From Chlorokybus atmophyticus (Eukaryota > Plantae > Mesostigma and Chlorokybus algae), in NCBI GenBank assembly GCA_009103225.1, contig RHPI01003156.1, positions 1,328,552 through 1,392,551 on the forward strand: a DNA stretch of 64,000 nt, given 5' to 3'. The notes under the pieces were generated by a model. That model saw only the letters and a list, made by a program, of their open reading frames with translations. It did no database searches and was not told where the DNA came from. Below are positions 1-12,049 of this stretch, one piece after another. The position numbers and the translations under genes were made by a program. Position 1 is the stretch's first letter. Each line of letters begins with the position of its first letter.

Positions 1-3000
1 AGCTCGAGCTGACGCCTGAAGAGAAGAAGCTTGAGGCGGGCTTGAAGTCGATCTGGCAGTCTATTCTAGGCGCTGAATCCATCCGACCCACTACAGACTT
101 CTTCGCGTCTGGTGCTGGGTCGATGGACGTCACACGCCTCACAGAGACCGTGCGTGCACAACTCGGTGTCGCAATCACCCCCGAACAGGTGCTGAGGACA
201 ACATCACAATGAATGCCTCAATAGCTACCCATCCGTCACTTGTTGGGTATACTACACTGGCGTGTACTTCCGAGCACGTGTGTATAGCATACTCTCTGCG
301 CTTCCGTTGCATACGCGTCTACAATAGTTCGTCTTGTGGGTTCAGGTGTTCATGAACACCAAGTTTGGGGACTTTGTGACGGCGGCAGTGCTTGCCTCGC
401 GCAGTGGTGGGGAGATTGTCGTGGAGTATGACGCGCATGAGGTGGAGGCGAATAGCATGAAGCTGCGGTTCCCGACACAATTGTTCATTGATGGGGAGTT
501 TTGCAACGCACTGTCTAGCAAGACGATTGATACTATTAATCCAACCACAGAGGAGGTCATTTGCCAGGTACGGGACGACACGTCCCTTGCGTTTTTGGCT
601 ATGCCCAAGGCCTGGGTGTGTGTGGCATTGCGTCATTGAGTGTGCACATGGCTGTATGCACTCTGTGCTATGCTGGTGTTGCTACCCTGCAGCTCTTAAA
701 CTCGCATGGCAATTGAAAGGATCTATGCATTGGACAGCGTAGTAAGTGCACACGCATGCACATGTACACATGCGCGCGTGCGCACGCACACAAACATACA
801 TGAATGTGCGTGCATGCATGCGTCATGCATGATGCTACTTGCAGTGGGTCAAGTAGGACGATGTGGCATGAAGCTGTTACGTCTGTATGGTGGCAAAGTG
901 CCAGAGTGCAGGGCAGCTACTTGGTTCCGATGCTTGCTATATTTTGACGGATGGTCATCACATGCGCAGGTACAAGCCGCTGGAGTTGAAGATGTGGACG
1001 TAGCTGTGAAAGCCGCCAAGAAGGCCTTTGAAACGGGCGAGTGGCGGTCAATGAATGCGCGCGACCGCGGCCGTTTGATGTACAAGCTCGCAGATGGCTT
1101 GGAGGCCGCCAAAGAAGAGCTTGCAACACTGGAGTCACTAGATTCAGGTACCATTTTTCTTCTTTTTGCTTATTTGCATATTGCATCACAACATTACATC
1201 ACCACAAGCAGTACACTTGCATTACTAATATCTGAGATAGGTGCGTCTTATTCAACGCATGCACTCATTTGTTGCTTCTTACAATGCATATGCTCAATAG
1301 GTGCTGTGTACACGCTCGCGGTGAAGACCCACATCGGCATGTCCATCGACACATTCCGCTACTTTGCGGGGCTTTGCGATAAGGTCAGCGGGCGCGTGAT
1401 ACCCATCAACCACGCCCGCCCCAACTACGACCTGTGCTTCACCAAGAAGGAGCCCATCGGCGTCGTCGGCCTCGTCATTCCCTGGAACTACCCCCTCATG
1501 ATGCTCGCGTGGAAAATGGCCGCTGCCCTTGCGGCTGGAAACACTGTTGTTCTCAAACCTGCAGAGGTACTAGATGTACATTGGGCATATACATGTATGC
1601 ATATGTCTGCTCACATGTTCCAGCAGTTACGTACACCCATATCTGCATCTGTATTACACATGTTTCTGCTCGCATGCACATGTGTACTGTGTTTTACAAT
1701 ATCCTTGTTTTCTGCGGATGTGCATACATTGATAGGTGTGTGATGTATTACATAACTTGTGTATAGCCATGTTGTAAGTATGCATGCATGCGTTTGCCTG
1801 CGTGTGTGTCTACATGCATGCAAACAAATATATGTAGGTACAACTTACTCATAAACACACACATGCGCACAGGTATGCACGCATGCATGCATATATGTAT
1901 GACCTTGTATGACATCCTTTGGTACAGCGTCTGCAGGATATGACCAAGCGTGTGTTCCAAGAAGCTAACAACCTTTGCCGCAGGTGACGCCATTGACAGC
2001 GTTGAAGTTTGCTGAGATATCCGCGCGGGTTGGTTTTCCGAAGGGCGTGATCAACATCCTTCCCGGTTTGGGTCCGGTGGCTGGTCAGGCGCTGGCGGAG
2101 CACCCGCTGGTATCGAAGCTGGGCTTTACGGGGTCAACGAAGGTCGGGAAGATTGTAATGGAGGCCGCCGCCAAGAGCAACGCCAAGCGCGTGAGTCTGG
2201 AGCTAGGTGGCAAGTCACCGCTTATCGTGTTCGCTGACGCTGACCTTACGCGCGCCGTGCGTAATGCCCTCGGCGCCTGTTTTTTTAACAAGGTCAGGGA
2301 TGCGCGAACCAACACGTTACTCACGCTTTCAAGCACGTGCATGCAAGTGTATGCATGCATACAAGCACGCCGTGTGCTGAAGCATATATGATGCCATGCA
2401 CATCGTGGTCTCTCTCGCATGCGTGCGTGCGTGCATCACACAGGCAGGCGCACACTCAACTGCAGCATGCTGTGGGACATGTTGCCATCGTTCATGGAAG
2501 TTGTTTGCATGTTTGCAGGCTTGTTGTATGGTGGAACGCTTGGGCTCTGATGCATGGTGTACTGCATGCACAGTGGCAGCATCCTTGTGAAGATTGTGAC
2601 GATTTGTGTTTGCAGGGCGAGAACTGCATAGCAGCCGGGCGCATATTTGTTGAGGATAGCATACATGACGAGTTCGTGCGATTGGTTGTTGAAGAAACGA
2701 AGAAAATAACCATTGGGGACCCTCTGGACAGGTCAGTTGTTGCTGCTGGCTTAATGGTTTGCTTTAACTGTGTGGAGTATTGTATAGGATAAGTGACCCG
2801 ACACTGCACACACAAGCTGCGTCATTGCAGGAGCGTGTCACATGGCCCTCAGAACCACAAAGCCCACCTGGACAAGCTCGTGGCGTACATCCAGAAGGGC
2901 GTGGAGGAGGGCGCAACCCTTGCCTATGGCGGGAAGCGCGTTGACCGAAAGGGCTACTTCTTGCAACCGACCGTTTTTACCAACGTCAAAGATGACGTCT

Positions 3001-3635
3001 TCATCGCAAAGGAAGAAAGGTGTGCCCAATCTCATGCCTGCCTTTGTGAGTTGACTGCACATCTTGTTTCCTAGCGACTAGCACTATGTCAACACACATG
3101 CGCACATCGCATGGGGCTGTGCGTGTCTGCGTATGTGCGCAGGCACCTGTGTGCATGTGTGTGTAAAAGTGCACACATGTGTTTGTCCATGCACGCCTAC
3201 TTGCACGCATGCCCAGGCATGCACATGCGCGCGCTGGCACACATGTATGCACATACACATGCAAACACACGCGCATATGTCTACTCGCTTCATGCGCACG
3301 AGCTTGCACAAGCACACTGAATCCTCATTCACTCTGGCAGTTTTGGTCCCATCATGATTATCTCCACATTCGATGGGAGTGTCGACACGGTGCTGCGGCG
3401 AGCCAACAACACCGACTACGGGCTTTCGTCCGGCGTGTTCACGCGCGACATCAACAAGGCGCTCCGTGTAGTGGACGGCCTTCAAGCAGGCACTTGCTAC
3501 ATAAACACGTACAACAAGACTGATGTCGCCTCGCCGTTTGGCGGCTTTAAACAGAGCGGCTTCGGCAAAGACTTGGGCGAAGAAGCGCTCAATGAATACC
3601 TGCAAACAAAAGCCGTTACCATTGAGTACTCATAG
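1..3635 (+). CDS. ALDH1L: 10-formyltetrahydrofolate dehydrogenase (ALDH1L-type): acyl-carrier-like domain plus ALDH domain; 5' partial, 8 exons in window
   Basis: Exons approx 1-188, 346-567, 970-1147, 1301-1566, 1984-2292, 2616-2731, 2831-3019 and 3341-3635 join with GT-AG sites. Carrier-domain motif [15 protein letters not shown] (phosphopantetheine Ser). ALDH1L-specific strings [32 protein letters not shown] (Glu), [13 protein letters not shown] (catalytic Cys), [10 protein letters not shown] and [24 protein letters not shown]. Confidence 0.93.
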
Positions 3636-4047
3636 GTACTCATTCAACAATCATTGCAGCCATTTGCAGCCACTTCACTTGTCGGTTGTTAGCCATTTGC
3701 AACATTGTTAACAAGTAACAATTATTGAACCATCAGCATAGATTTTGTTGGGTTGCTCAAGTCAGTAGTTTGCAGAGTGTGTGGGCTTTATTTTCATGCT
3801 GTATAGTTTAAGCAGCTTTGCGCAGGGTGTGTTACATAGCACATTTGCTGTCTTACAAAACGCCTCTTGTTGAGTGTTGTTTACTAGCTGGCAATGCCAC
3901 GTAAGATCAGAAGGGAGTGCTAGTGCATATGCTACGCGCTGATGAACAAAAGTAAAGCTGCTTCTTTACATAACTTAACCTCATCATTCTTTGCTCAAGT
4001 AACTGCGTGTCAACTTCAATTGTTGTACATGTTATGGTTTGCACGGG

Positions 4048-5684
4048 TCACAAGGATCCAAATGCACCCCTGCGTGCCGCTGTGACTATATCCGAGTCCC
4101 AATGCTCGTCTCCGCCCAACTTCTGCGTCATTTTGTCCAACGTTTCCTGTTGGGAAGGCATGTGAAGCCATGTCTGTATGTATGCATATGCGTGAGTGTG
4201 CATGTGCGTGCGTGCATGTGCATGTGCGTGCGCGCATGTGCATGTGCGTGTGCGCGTGCCTGCATGCGTGCCTGCATGTGGGGGCGCAGGTGGGTGTGGG
4301 GTTGTGCGGGTGAATTTGTGTGTACTGCACATGATGGATGATGCGTGTGTCGTGAGCGTGGCTGTGCTGATATGCTTCAGCTGACAAGGGCTCAGTGAAT
4401 CGTTCACATCATCAGTAGTGCTGCTGCTTGTTTATGAGATCCTTAACCTCGCAATACCTTCAACATGTCCGAGAACTCCTCCGCCATGTCCTCCATCTTC
4501 GACTTCATTTCCGACACCTAACATTTGCAACAAACAACAACACGTTTGTCGTATCCGAATGTGTCATCGCCGTTGCGTACTTTGTCATGCCCTCAACCAT
4601 TGTCATGCCAATGCTAATCAAACAGTGCGTTCAAGGCGCTCGCATGCGGTCATGCACAGATCTCGATATCACTCTCAACATTGAATGTTGCAATGTTGCA
4701 ATGCACTTACTGCACGCTCGTGTGCAGACTCTGCTGCCAGCTTCTCCTTCTTCAACTGCGCAATCGCAGAACTCTTCTGCGCTGTGAGACAAAGGATGTC
4801 AGTTCAGCAACAAAAGTATAACAGTACTCAGAGTGGCAACAACATCTTCAATAGCACCAACAACAACATCAGCAAACACACTATGATGAGCGCACCGGAC
4901 TCGGCCACCAGAGTAGTACAACGCGCCTCCAGATCAGTAATTTTCCCTGTCAAGCCCGCCTGCACCGACTGCGCTTGCCGCCTCATACTCGCACTGCCGT
5001 CGCAAATTGTTATTGTTCTTACTTTGATGACAACAACAACAACCACAAGAACAACAACGACACCACACCCACAACAGTCACAACTACTCACACAATGTCA
5101 TCTGCGTTTTTTTTCTGGTCTGTTATGTTCTTCTCCTGCAGCTCTATCTGCTCCCTCAGCCGCCTCTCTGAAGCCCTGCCCAGCAACATCTCCCTCTCCC
5201 TCTCCCCTGCCAACTATACGAGTTGAAAATTACGGAAGATAGCGCAGTGGCTTTGTCCGCGCTCACAACAATAACAACAACAACAACAACAACAACAATA
5301 CACGCAACACACACCTAGTTGCCATTTGAGCGTGGTGATGTCGGTTTCTGCCCTTTGCAGCTGAGCTTTGTATGCGGCGATCACAACCTCAGGATCAGCT
5401 GCACGCACAGAGAGGATCATTGGTACAAAGTCGACCTTTGAGTGGTTGTGGTTGTGGTTGTGGTTGTGGTTGAGGCGCACGCACGCGCACACGCAGTCAA
5501 AAGAGTGTATGTTGAGCAGGTGTTCTTTCACGAGTTCAGCAAACTTTGATCTTGGATGATTGATCTGCTGCACACCTCTCTCTGACGTATGTGTAGTATT
5601 GCTGATGATAAACTCACGCTTTTTCTGTGCTGTTTTGGGCCTCTTTGAGCTCGCTGTCGCCGGCCTCGGCCTCGTGCTGGCCAT
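4048..5684 (-). CDS. Coiled-coil protein similar to dynein regulatory complex subunit DRC12/CCDC153; 7 exons
   Basis: Manually spliced: MASTRPRPATASSKRPKTAQKKP|DPEVVIAAYKAQLQRAETDITTLKWQL|GEREREMLLGRASERRLREQIELQEKNITDQKKNADDIV|ASMRRQAQSVQAGLTGKITDLEARCTTLVAES|AQKSSAIAQLKKEKLAAESAHERA|VSEMKSKMEDMAEEFSDMLK|ETLDKMTQKLGG..GSL*. Intron phases are consistent. The C-terminal MEDMAEEFSDMLKETLDKM matches the remembered CCDC153 signature. Confidence 0.7.
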
Positions 5685-6032
5685 ACCCACATCACAACTA
5701 AAAGGCAGACTCGACAACACCCTTAATGACAAAAATTTCAAACACCACACAACATCAGAAAGCCGTGAGCTGAGTTGGTGCGTAAACAGGCAACAACAAC
5801 AACAACAACAACAACAGCATCACATGTTTGCGACACGTGAGTTGAACCCAGTTCCAGCCTCCAGCAAGCAATACACTCGCCGCGATCCGGATCATGCCTG
5901 ACTGTCACGATCGCGCCACACAATTGCCACGCGTAAGGATCGCCACGGCCAAGTTAGTTGCAGCGCTGTTGCTCAGCCGCTGCCTGCTGCAGTGGCAAGC
6001 GCGGCGTTGCAGATAGCGTTGTAGGACGCGTC

Positions 6033-6175
6033 AAACCCTACCTCGAGGTGGCGGCGGCAGCAGCCATAGCCGCAGCGGCAGTGCTGTGGTAGCCCTCTTT
6101 GCGCCTGGTTGTTGCCGGCGCCGGTGGCGGCGGCGGCGGCGGGTGCGGTGGGTTGGTGAGGAAGGAGGTTTAGGG
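6033..6175. promoter_or_regulatory. Telo-box motifs in the DRC12/RPL19 divergent promoter and 5' leader
   Basis: AAACCCTA at 6033-6040 and TTTAGGG at 6169-6175, just upstream of the RPL19 ATG at 6200. Confidence 0.6.
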
Positions 6176-6199
6176 AGGGTTGGACGGAGTTTGGACAAG

Positions 6200-7531
6200 A
6201 TGGTGTCCCTCCGCCTGCAGAAGCGCCTGGCGGCGTCGGTGCTGAAGTGCGGCAAGCGCAAGGTCTGGCTTGACCCTAATGAAGTCAACGAGATCTCCAT
6301 GGCCAACTCCCGTAAGTGTGACGTCATTCTCTCTTATGTTGGTTTTGGCTGTGGGGCTGCGCAGGTGTGTCGTCTATGACGCACAGTTCCTGCGCTTGCT
6401 GCCGATCTCCATAAAACGTTGCCCGCAGAGGCTAGCAACTCTGCAGTTGGCAGTACTTGTCATCATGGTGGGCTGCAGCCAGGCGTCTGCACCTCTGTAG
6501 CGAGTATCAGCTTGCTCATTGCTGCTGGTCCAGCAGCGAGCAGCAAGTCTGCTCAGCTTGACGTGGTTTCGGACTTAATTGAAGTGCGGAACACATAGGT
6601 TGACTGTGTTGATCCGCAGTTGCATGCCAGCACTGGTTGTGGCTTGTGGCGGCATACCGCAGCTGTGACGACCTCCTGGCTGTTGCACTGCATTTTGCTT
6701 TGTGCATATAGCTGTCAAAGCTTTGTGCATCCATTCACTAATACTCTTGCCATGGCAGGGCAAAACATCCGGAAGTTGATCAAGGACGGTTTCGTCATTC
6801 GCAAGCCCCAGAAGATTCACTCGCGCGCTCGCACCCGCCGTCTGCATGAGGCGAAGGCCAAGGGCCGTCACACTGGCCGCGGTACGGTACACTCCAACAT
6901 TGCACAATACTGCATATGTTGTATAATCTGCAGTGTTTCTCGTTTGTGTAGGATTTGGTTGCTTTAACTGTGGCTAGACACTGATGCTCTTTGCCCTGCA
7001 GGTAAGCGCAGGGGTACGCGGGAAGCGCGTCTGCCCACAAAGATCTTGTGGCTGCGAAGGCTTCGCGTGTTGCGCCGATTGCTTAGGAAATACCGTGACG
7101 CCAAGAAGATTGACAAGCACATGTACCACAACTTCTACATGCAAGTGAAGGGTAACGTGTTCAAGAACAAGCGTGTGCTCATGGAGACCATCCACAAGGC
7201 CAAGGCCGAGAAGGTCCGCGAGAAGACCATTTCCGACCAGTTCGAGGCACGCCGCGCAAAGAACAAGGCTTCGCGTACTCGTAAGATTGCACGCCGTGAG
7301 GAGCGACTTGCGGTAAGTCAATTGCGATAGTGGAGCGTGCGTGCTCATAAGACTGCTTACGTTGCCACATTCTGATGTCATTCTCCATGTGCAGGGCATT
7401 GCTGCTGATGTTGCCATGGATGCTCCCACCGGTCAAACAGGGTAAGCTAGCGCAATTTGCTCTTGTCCAAAGCCATTTCAGGCGCTTGTGCTTTGTGCTG
7501 AGTTCTATGTTTCTGTTGCAGGAAGAAGTAA
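6200..7531 (+). CDS. RPL19: 60S ribosomal protein L19 (eL19); 5 exons
   Basis: [38 protein letters not shown]|[22 protein letters not shown]..|[49 protein letters not shown]|[16 protein letters not shown]|KK*. Exons 6200-6311, 6759-6881, 7002-7312, 7395-7441 and 7522-7531. Confidence 0.97.
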
Positions 7532-9885
7532 ACACAATTAGTGCCGTAATCTTAGACTGGTGGGTTTGGTACCAAGCCTGACCGCAGGAATTAGCTGTAC
7601 CGTGTTTTGCCCTGACCAATGTCAGACCCTGTATGAAACTACATGAGCACGGGTTGCATGCCTTGGCCTCTCTGGTGTCTGGTTTGCACCGCGTTGCCTG
7701 ATCGTTCAAATTGTTCGTGTCAATGCCAGCTCCAGGTTTGTGACATCTCTGTGGGTGCATCTGCAGTCTGCTGCGTGTCCATTATCACCTGTAATTGAGC
7801 CATTGCAACCAGGGTCATACAGGTGTACTTGGCATTTTATGTACACATATTGGATGCCAGCATCAGGTATTATCATGGTTGGCGGGACCAGTCCTTGATT
7901 GAGGGGATTGTGTGCGCTATCTCTTACAACCACTATTGTACATATGCTTGGGTTGTACCGCATTTGCACATAGATACACAGCCCCATAGCTAGACCACGT
8001 GATCTCCGACTACTGACGCAGATGCGGCGCTTGCTTGGTGCGACATGATATCTGTGTGTAGGGTTGTATGTTGGTGGTGTCTGGTTGGCCATGGTGGTCG
8101 TTAGGCATGGTGGCAGCACTAGACAATGAACACTTGTGTCTCGTTGATATTACAGGTTGTCGTATATTAGCAGCTTGTGCCTTGTGCCCTGTGCTGTTTA
8201 CTTGCTGCATGCTGCGTGCTTGTTGTGGCTATGTTATGCTTGTAATCTTTCATTGCTATACACTATACTTGTAAGGACACCATAGTTGTAGCACTTGATA
8301 TTTCTTACGACGCTCTTTTGAATCTATGCGCAGTGCCGCGCATAAGGCGTTGGGTGATTATCTCATAGCGTGCAAGAAGCATGTTACTGCATCGGTAAAG
8401 AGCCTGTTGATTTCATGCCAATTCTTGGACAAGATACACAGATGCGAAAAGATTCCTTAATCGCGAAGTCAAGCCGCGGCTGATGCCTACTGTTGGAACC
8501 ACTATCATGAATTGCAGCACTCAATTAGGCAGGGAAGCACATGCCTCGAAGTTGGCAAAGTGCTGTAAGCACAGCAAGTATGCACATACAAACTCAGTTT
8601 CATTCTTCATTCTTCATGTGGCCGAGAGGCGTTTCGTACTTAGGGGACCTCATTCTACAAATACACCAACATCGCGCCCCGCATGGTTCAGCATAGAGGA
8701 TTGTATGCCATCCGCATGTCGGGCTAAGATTAACAACTTCGATGCCCGTAATTAGATTAAGATTAACGACTGCCCACCAACTCACTACGCTGAGGCGATT
8801 CACTCTGCCTAGCGCGACATCATACATGTCTGCTGCTGCATTATGTTCATGTACCTGCCGACTGCAGGGCTAATCGTGGCCACTTGTGTGCGCCTTGTGT
8901 TGCTTGAGCCATTGCACGACACATAGCAGCACTTATGGTAGAGAGTAGGTGGCTCCGGGTGTATTATGAACTACCTTTGCTTGTGATGTCCGCTTCGCTG
9001 GCCCTGCTGTGCATCTTCGCATGTCCACGCACGTTTGCATAATCTACTGCGATCCATACCATATTCAACTCTCCATGACAGTGTCTAATAGCTAGCATTG
9101 CTCTGAATCCGGGATGCAAGTCTTCGCGTGCATTCAATTTGGTTGCTCTTGGTGTGCTACTATGTTTGCACACGGGCACACTTGCACTCCATAGCTTGAC
9201 GTATGCAGCGAATTGTGCATCATCGGGCTCGAAGCGTGGCGCATGTTGAGAGAGCAACTACGAGCGTGTCTGCAGTTTAGGGTTGGCTACCACCACGGCC
9301 TGTCCCTACGACTACCCAGTCGGACGTTGCGATGCTCTTGGCGCGAGTGGACATGAGGTCACAAGAGAGTGCTAGTGCATATGCTTACATGCATGGGTGG
9401 TTGCCGCGTGTTGGTATTTGGTAGTTGCCTTGTGTTGATGTGTAGCGCTATGGTTCTACATTGGGGCCTTGTGAACTGGCATCACAATATGGATGATAAT
9501 AACTACGAACAAAGTCAAACATTGCAACTTCAATGATCACATTGATGCACGGTGTCGTGCTAAACACTCTTCTCATCAACACACACTACTAGCACGCAAC
9601 CTGTTCCAACGCACCCACTCACCAATATCAACTTGGCTGGTTATGACAACCGTAAGCGGCATATTATGCTGTGAAGGAGCATATAACATATATACAACTA
9701 CACATAGCTACAGTCCAGTACAACATGAGTGCTGTCCATTTTAAATGTGCCCAAGCTTTCAATCAAAAAGGGAAACCAGCTGAGTGCAGCATCAGGTTCC
9801 CCACTTTTGGCGGGTGATTGGTGTGGCGGAAGTGGAGCCAGCCATTAGATTTAATGAAGGCGTGGCGCGTCACAAACTATGCAGA

Positions 9886-11547
9886 TCACAAGCTGCCGCC
9901 CATAAAGTAGTTGGCGAGAAGCACAGCGCCGAACAGAGCCAGCGGACACTGCATCAGAGGGGCGTGTGCATGTCAGTCAACATATGCACACATGATCACA
10001 TAATAATCATTTCGTCCATGCGCAAAATCCCAGGCAGCAACACTGCATGTAACGAACATAATCAAGTAAGAAACACCTCTCTCGCTTACACATAATAGCA
10101 GGGTGAGGGGCGTCTGAGCGTCGCGCAGCAGCTCCCCGACAAAATGCGTCTGCAGCAGACCGAACAGCAGCATCGACCACACCACCACGTGCGTCACCAC
10201 TTCCAAGCTATCCACCTGCACCACACGCGCATACACAACACAATGATGATGCCGAGATTGTACTGGACACAGAATCAAACAATACTGCAAGCACACACGC
10301 GCATGTGCAGCACCAGGCACACACTTGTGCGTACACACGCGCGAGCGCGCGCAAGTACACACACATCCAACTCGCCTCATTGGCTGCCTTCTGAGGTGGT
10401 TTGGAGGTGTTCGTGTCAGCAAAGGCGCAATCGTATGAGAGATGGTCCTGCAGGTCCATCCGCAAAACTTGCGCGCACTTCTCGCCGCCAGCTGGACACG
10501 CCACGCTGGCGTAGTCGCAAAGCTGCGAGCGAGAGCACTTAGACGCACCACATGAACACAACGCAATCGCGTGGACACTGACTACCGGTGCGTGTTCATA
10601 TCTCGATCATGCGTACCCGTTCGTGCGAGTGGCGCCGACCCCATCGAAGCACTTCTGGACAACTCTCCTCGTCCACATCCCACCTGAAAATAGGAAACTT
10701 TGACTTAACTCTGTACGTGCACATTGACATGCATCCCGCTCCATGCTGTCACTAAACACTAAACACACTGGTGCACGCACGCACGCACGCACGCACAACT
10801 CACCCCGTGTCCGTTAGAACGCAAGCGTGCGTGCAGTGAACGAGCAGTCCATCGACGCGCGCCTGCAAATCTGGCTGCAAAGCAGAAACGCAAACACATT
10901 CTTTCAACCACCAACACCAACACCGATAATGACAACAACAACGACAACTTGCTGTTGTCGTACGACAACAACAACAGCAACAGCACAACCAAGCGCGGCG
11001 AGAGGCGCCATGTTACAGTGTCATGTGTTTGTTACCATCCGGAGCATTTTGTCGGGTGGCAGAAGTGGTCGTCGGTCCAACGGGCATCTCCCCGTGGCAA
11101 CGTACTCCTTTTCTGCGCAGGCGCCGCAGAAGACGTGACCGCACCTGTGTTGGGAATGGGAAACCATTGCATGCTGTGCAGGGAACAGATGGTGCTTTGT
11201 GTTGTGATCGACATGTGAGTAACGCGTGCGCAACACGTGTCGTAGAATGGAAACCACTTGCGTTCAGCAAGAGTCAGGCACGCTAACGTCTGGTAAAGAA
11301 TTATGCAAACCATTGTGAACAGTGTGTATACTATACCCTTGGGCGCTGTGTGCATTGTCTGTGACAGTGCGCGCGCGCGTCACTGTGTTTGTGTGTGTGG
11401 GTGTGTGTTTGTGTGTGGGTGGGTGGGGAGGAGGTGCGTGTGCTGACAACAGTCTCTGCTAGCTGTCAACTCAAGCCTGCCTTTGAGCACAACAAGTCAC
11501 ACCATAAGTCGGGCATCGAGGGACAATGTGTGCAGTTGATTGTAGCT

Positions 11548-11583
<36 letters not shown>

Positions 11584-11834
11584 TCCAACGACCATCAAAG
11601 CAGACATGACCAAGATAATGACGCGACACGAGCTGAAGTGGATGCCCCCCATTGTACGTACGTAACAAGCAATGGTATGTACAAACACCTGGGGCTCACC
11701 TACCTTGCCTGGAGCGGTCGTCGCAGCAGGCGGAAGCAGGCGGAGCACAGCAGCGACGGGTCCGGCCTGTCCACGAACACGTTGACGGAGTCTTCGCCCG
11801 CCACCTCAACGTGACGCCGCTTCCCATCCGCCAT
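9886..11834 (-). CDS. RING-finger E3 ligase with TRAF-type zinc-finger-like segments and a hydrophobic (membrane) C-terminus
   Basis: Spliced: MADGKRRHVEVAGEDSVNVFVDRPDPSLLCSACFRLLRRPLQAR|CGHVFCGACAEKEYVATGRCPLDRRPLL (C3HC4-like RING) ..DLQARVDGLLVHCTHAC..CPEVLRWGRRHSHE..CDYASVACPAGGEKCAQVLRMDLQDHLSYDC..|VVTHVVVWSMLLFGLLQTH..PLTLLLC|CPLALFGAVLLANYFMGGSL*. Internal exon boundaries are less certain. Confidence 0.72.
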
Positions 11835-11866
11835 CTCAACCACCCCACCCCAGCCTAGCCTTTTCC

Positions 11867-11897
11867 CTGGGCTGGCCTGGGCTGGCCTGGCCTGGCT
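11867..11897. promoter_or_regulatory. Tandem TGGGCT/TGGCC (site II-like) motifs in the 215-bp RING/PUM24 divergent promoter
   Basis: ctgggctggcctgggctggcctggcctggc lies between ATG 11834 (-) and ATG 12050 (+). TGGGCY is the plant site II element. Confidence 0.45.
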
Positions 11898-12049
11898 GCA
11901 CGTTTAAAGACACCAAACGCTCTCTCTAGCAACTTAAATCGTGGCCGTTCAGCGCCTTAACAGGCTGTTAAGGCGCTGAGCGAGTCTGATTCAGGTTGTC
12001 AGGCACGTTAGGCTCTTTGAGAAGTGACAGCTTAACGGGTTGGAGCAGC

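Noticed and set aside
1-3635. Animal or choanoflagellate contamination as the source of ALDH1L
   Set aside because: Intron style and composition are continuous with the adjacent plant-type RPL19, RUB and TGD3 genes, with no visible junction or gap. Read-level confirmation is still advisable.
6312-6758. Intronic C/D-box snoRNA in ribosomal-protein introns (also RPL18 intron 38209-38637)
   Set aside because: No convincing RUGAUGA...CUGA pair with terminal stem found by eye. An Infernal/snoscan run would be needed to exclude it.
9250-9375. Cys-rich reading frame ESNYERVCSLGLATTTACPYDYPVGRCDALG..
   Set aside because: 41 codons, no start or supporting splice sites, and preceded by a stop. Not supportable as a gene.
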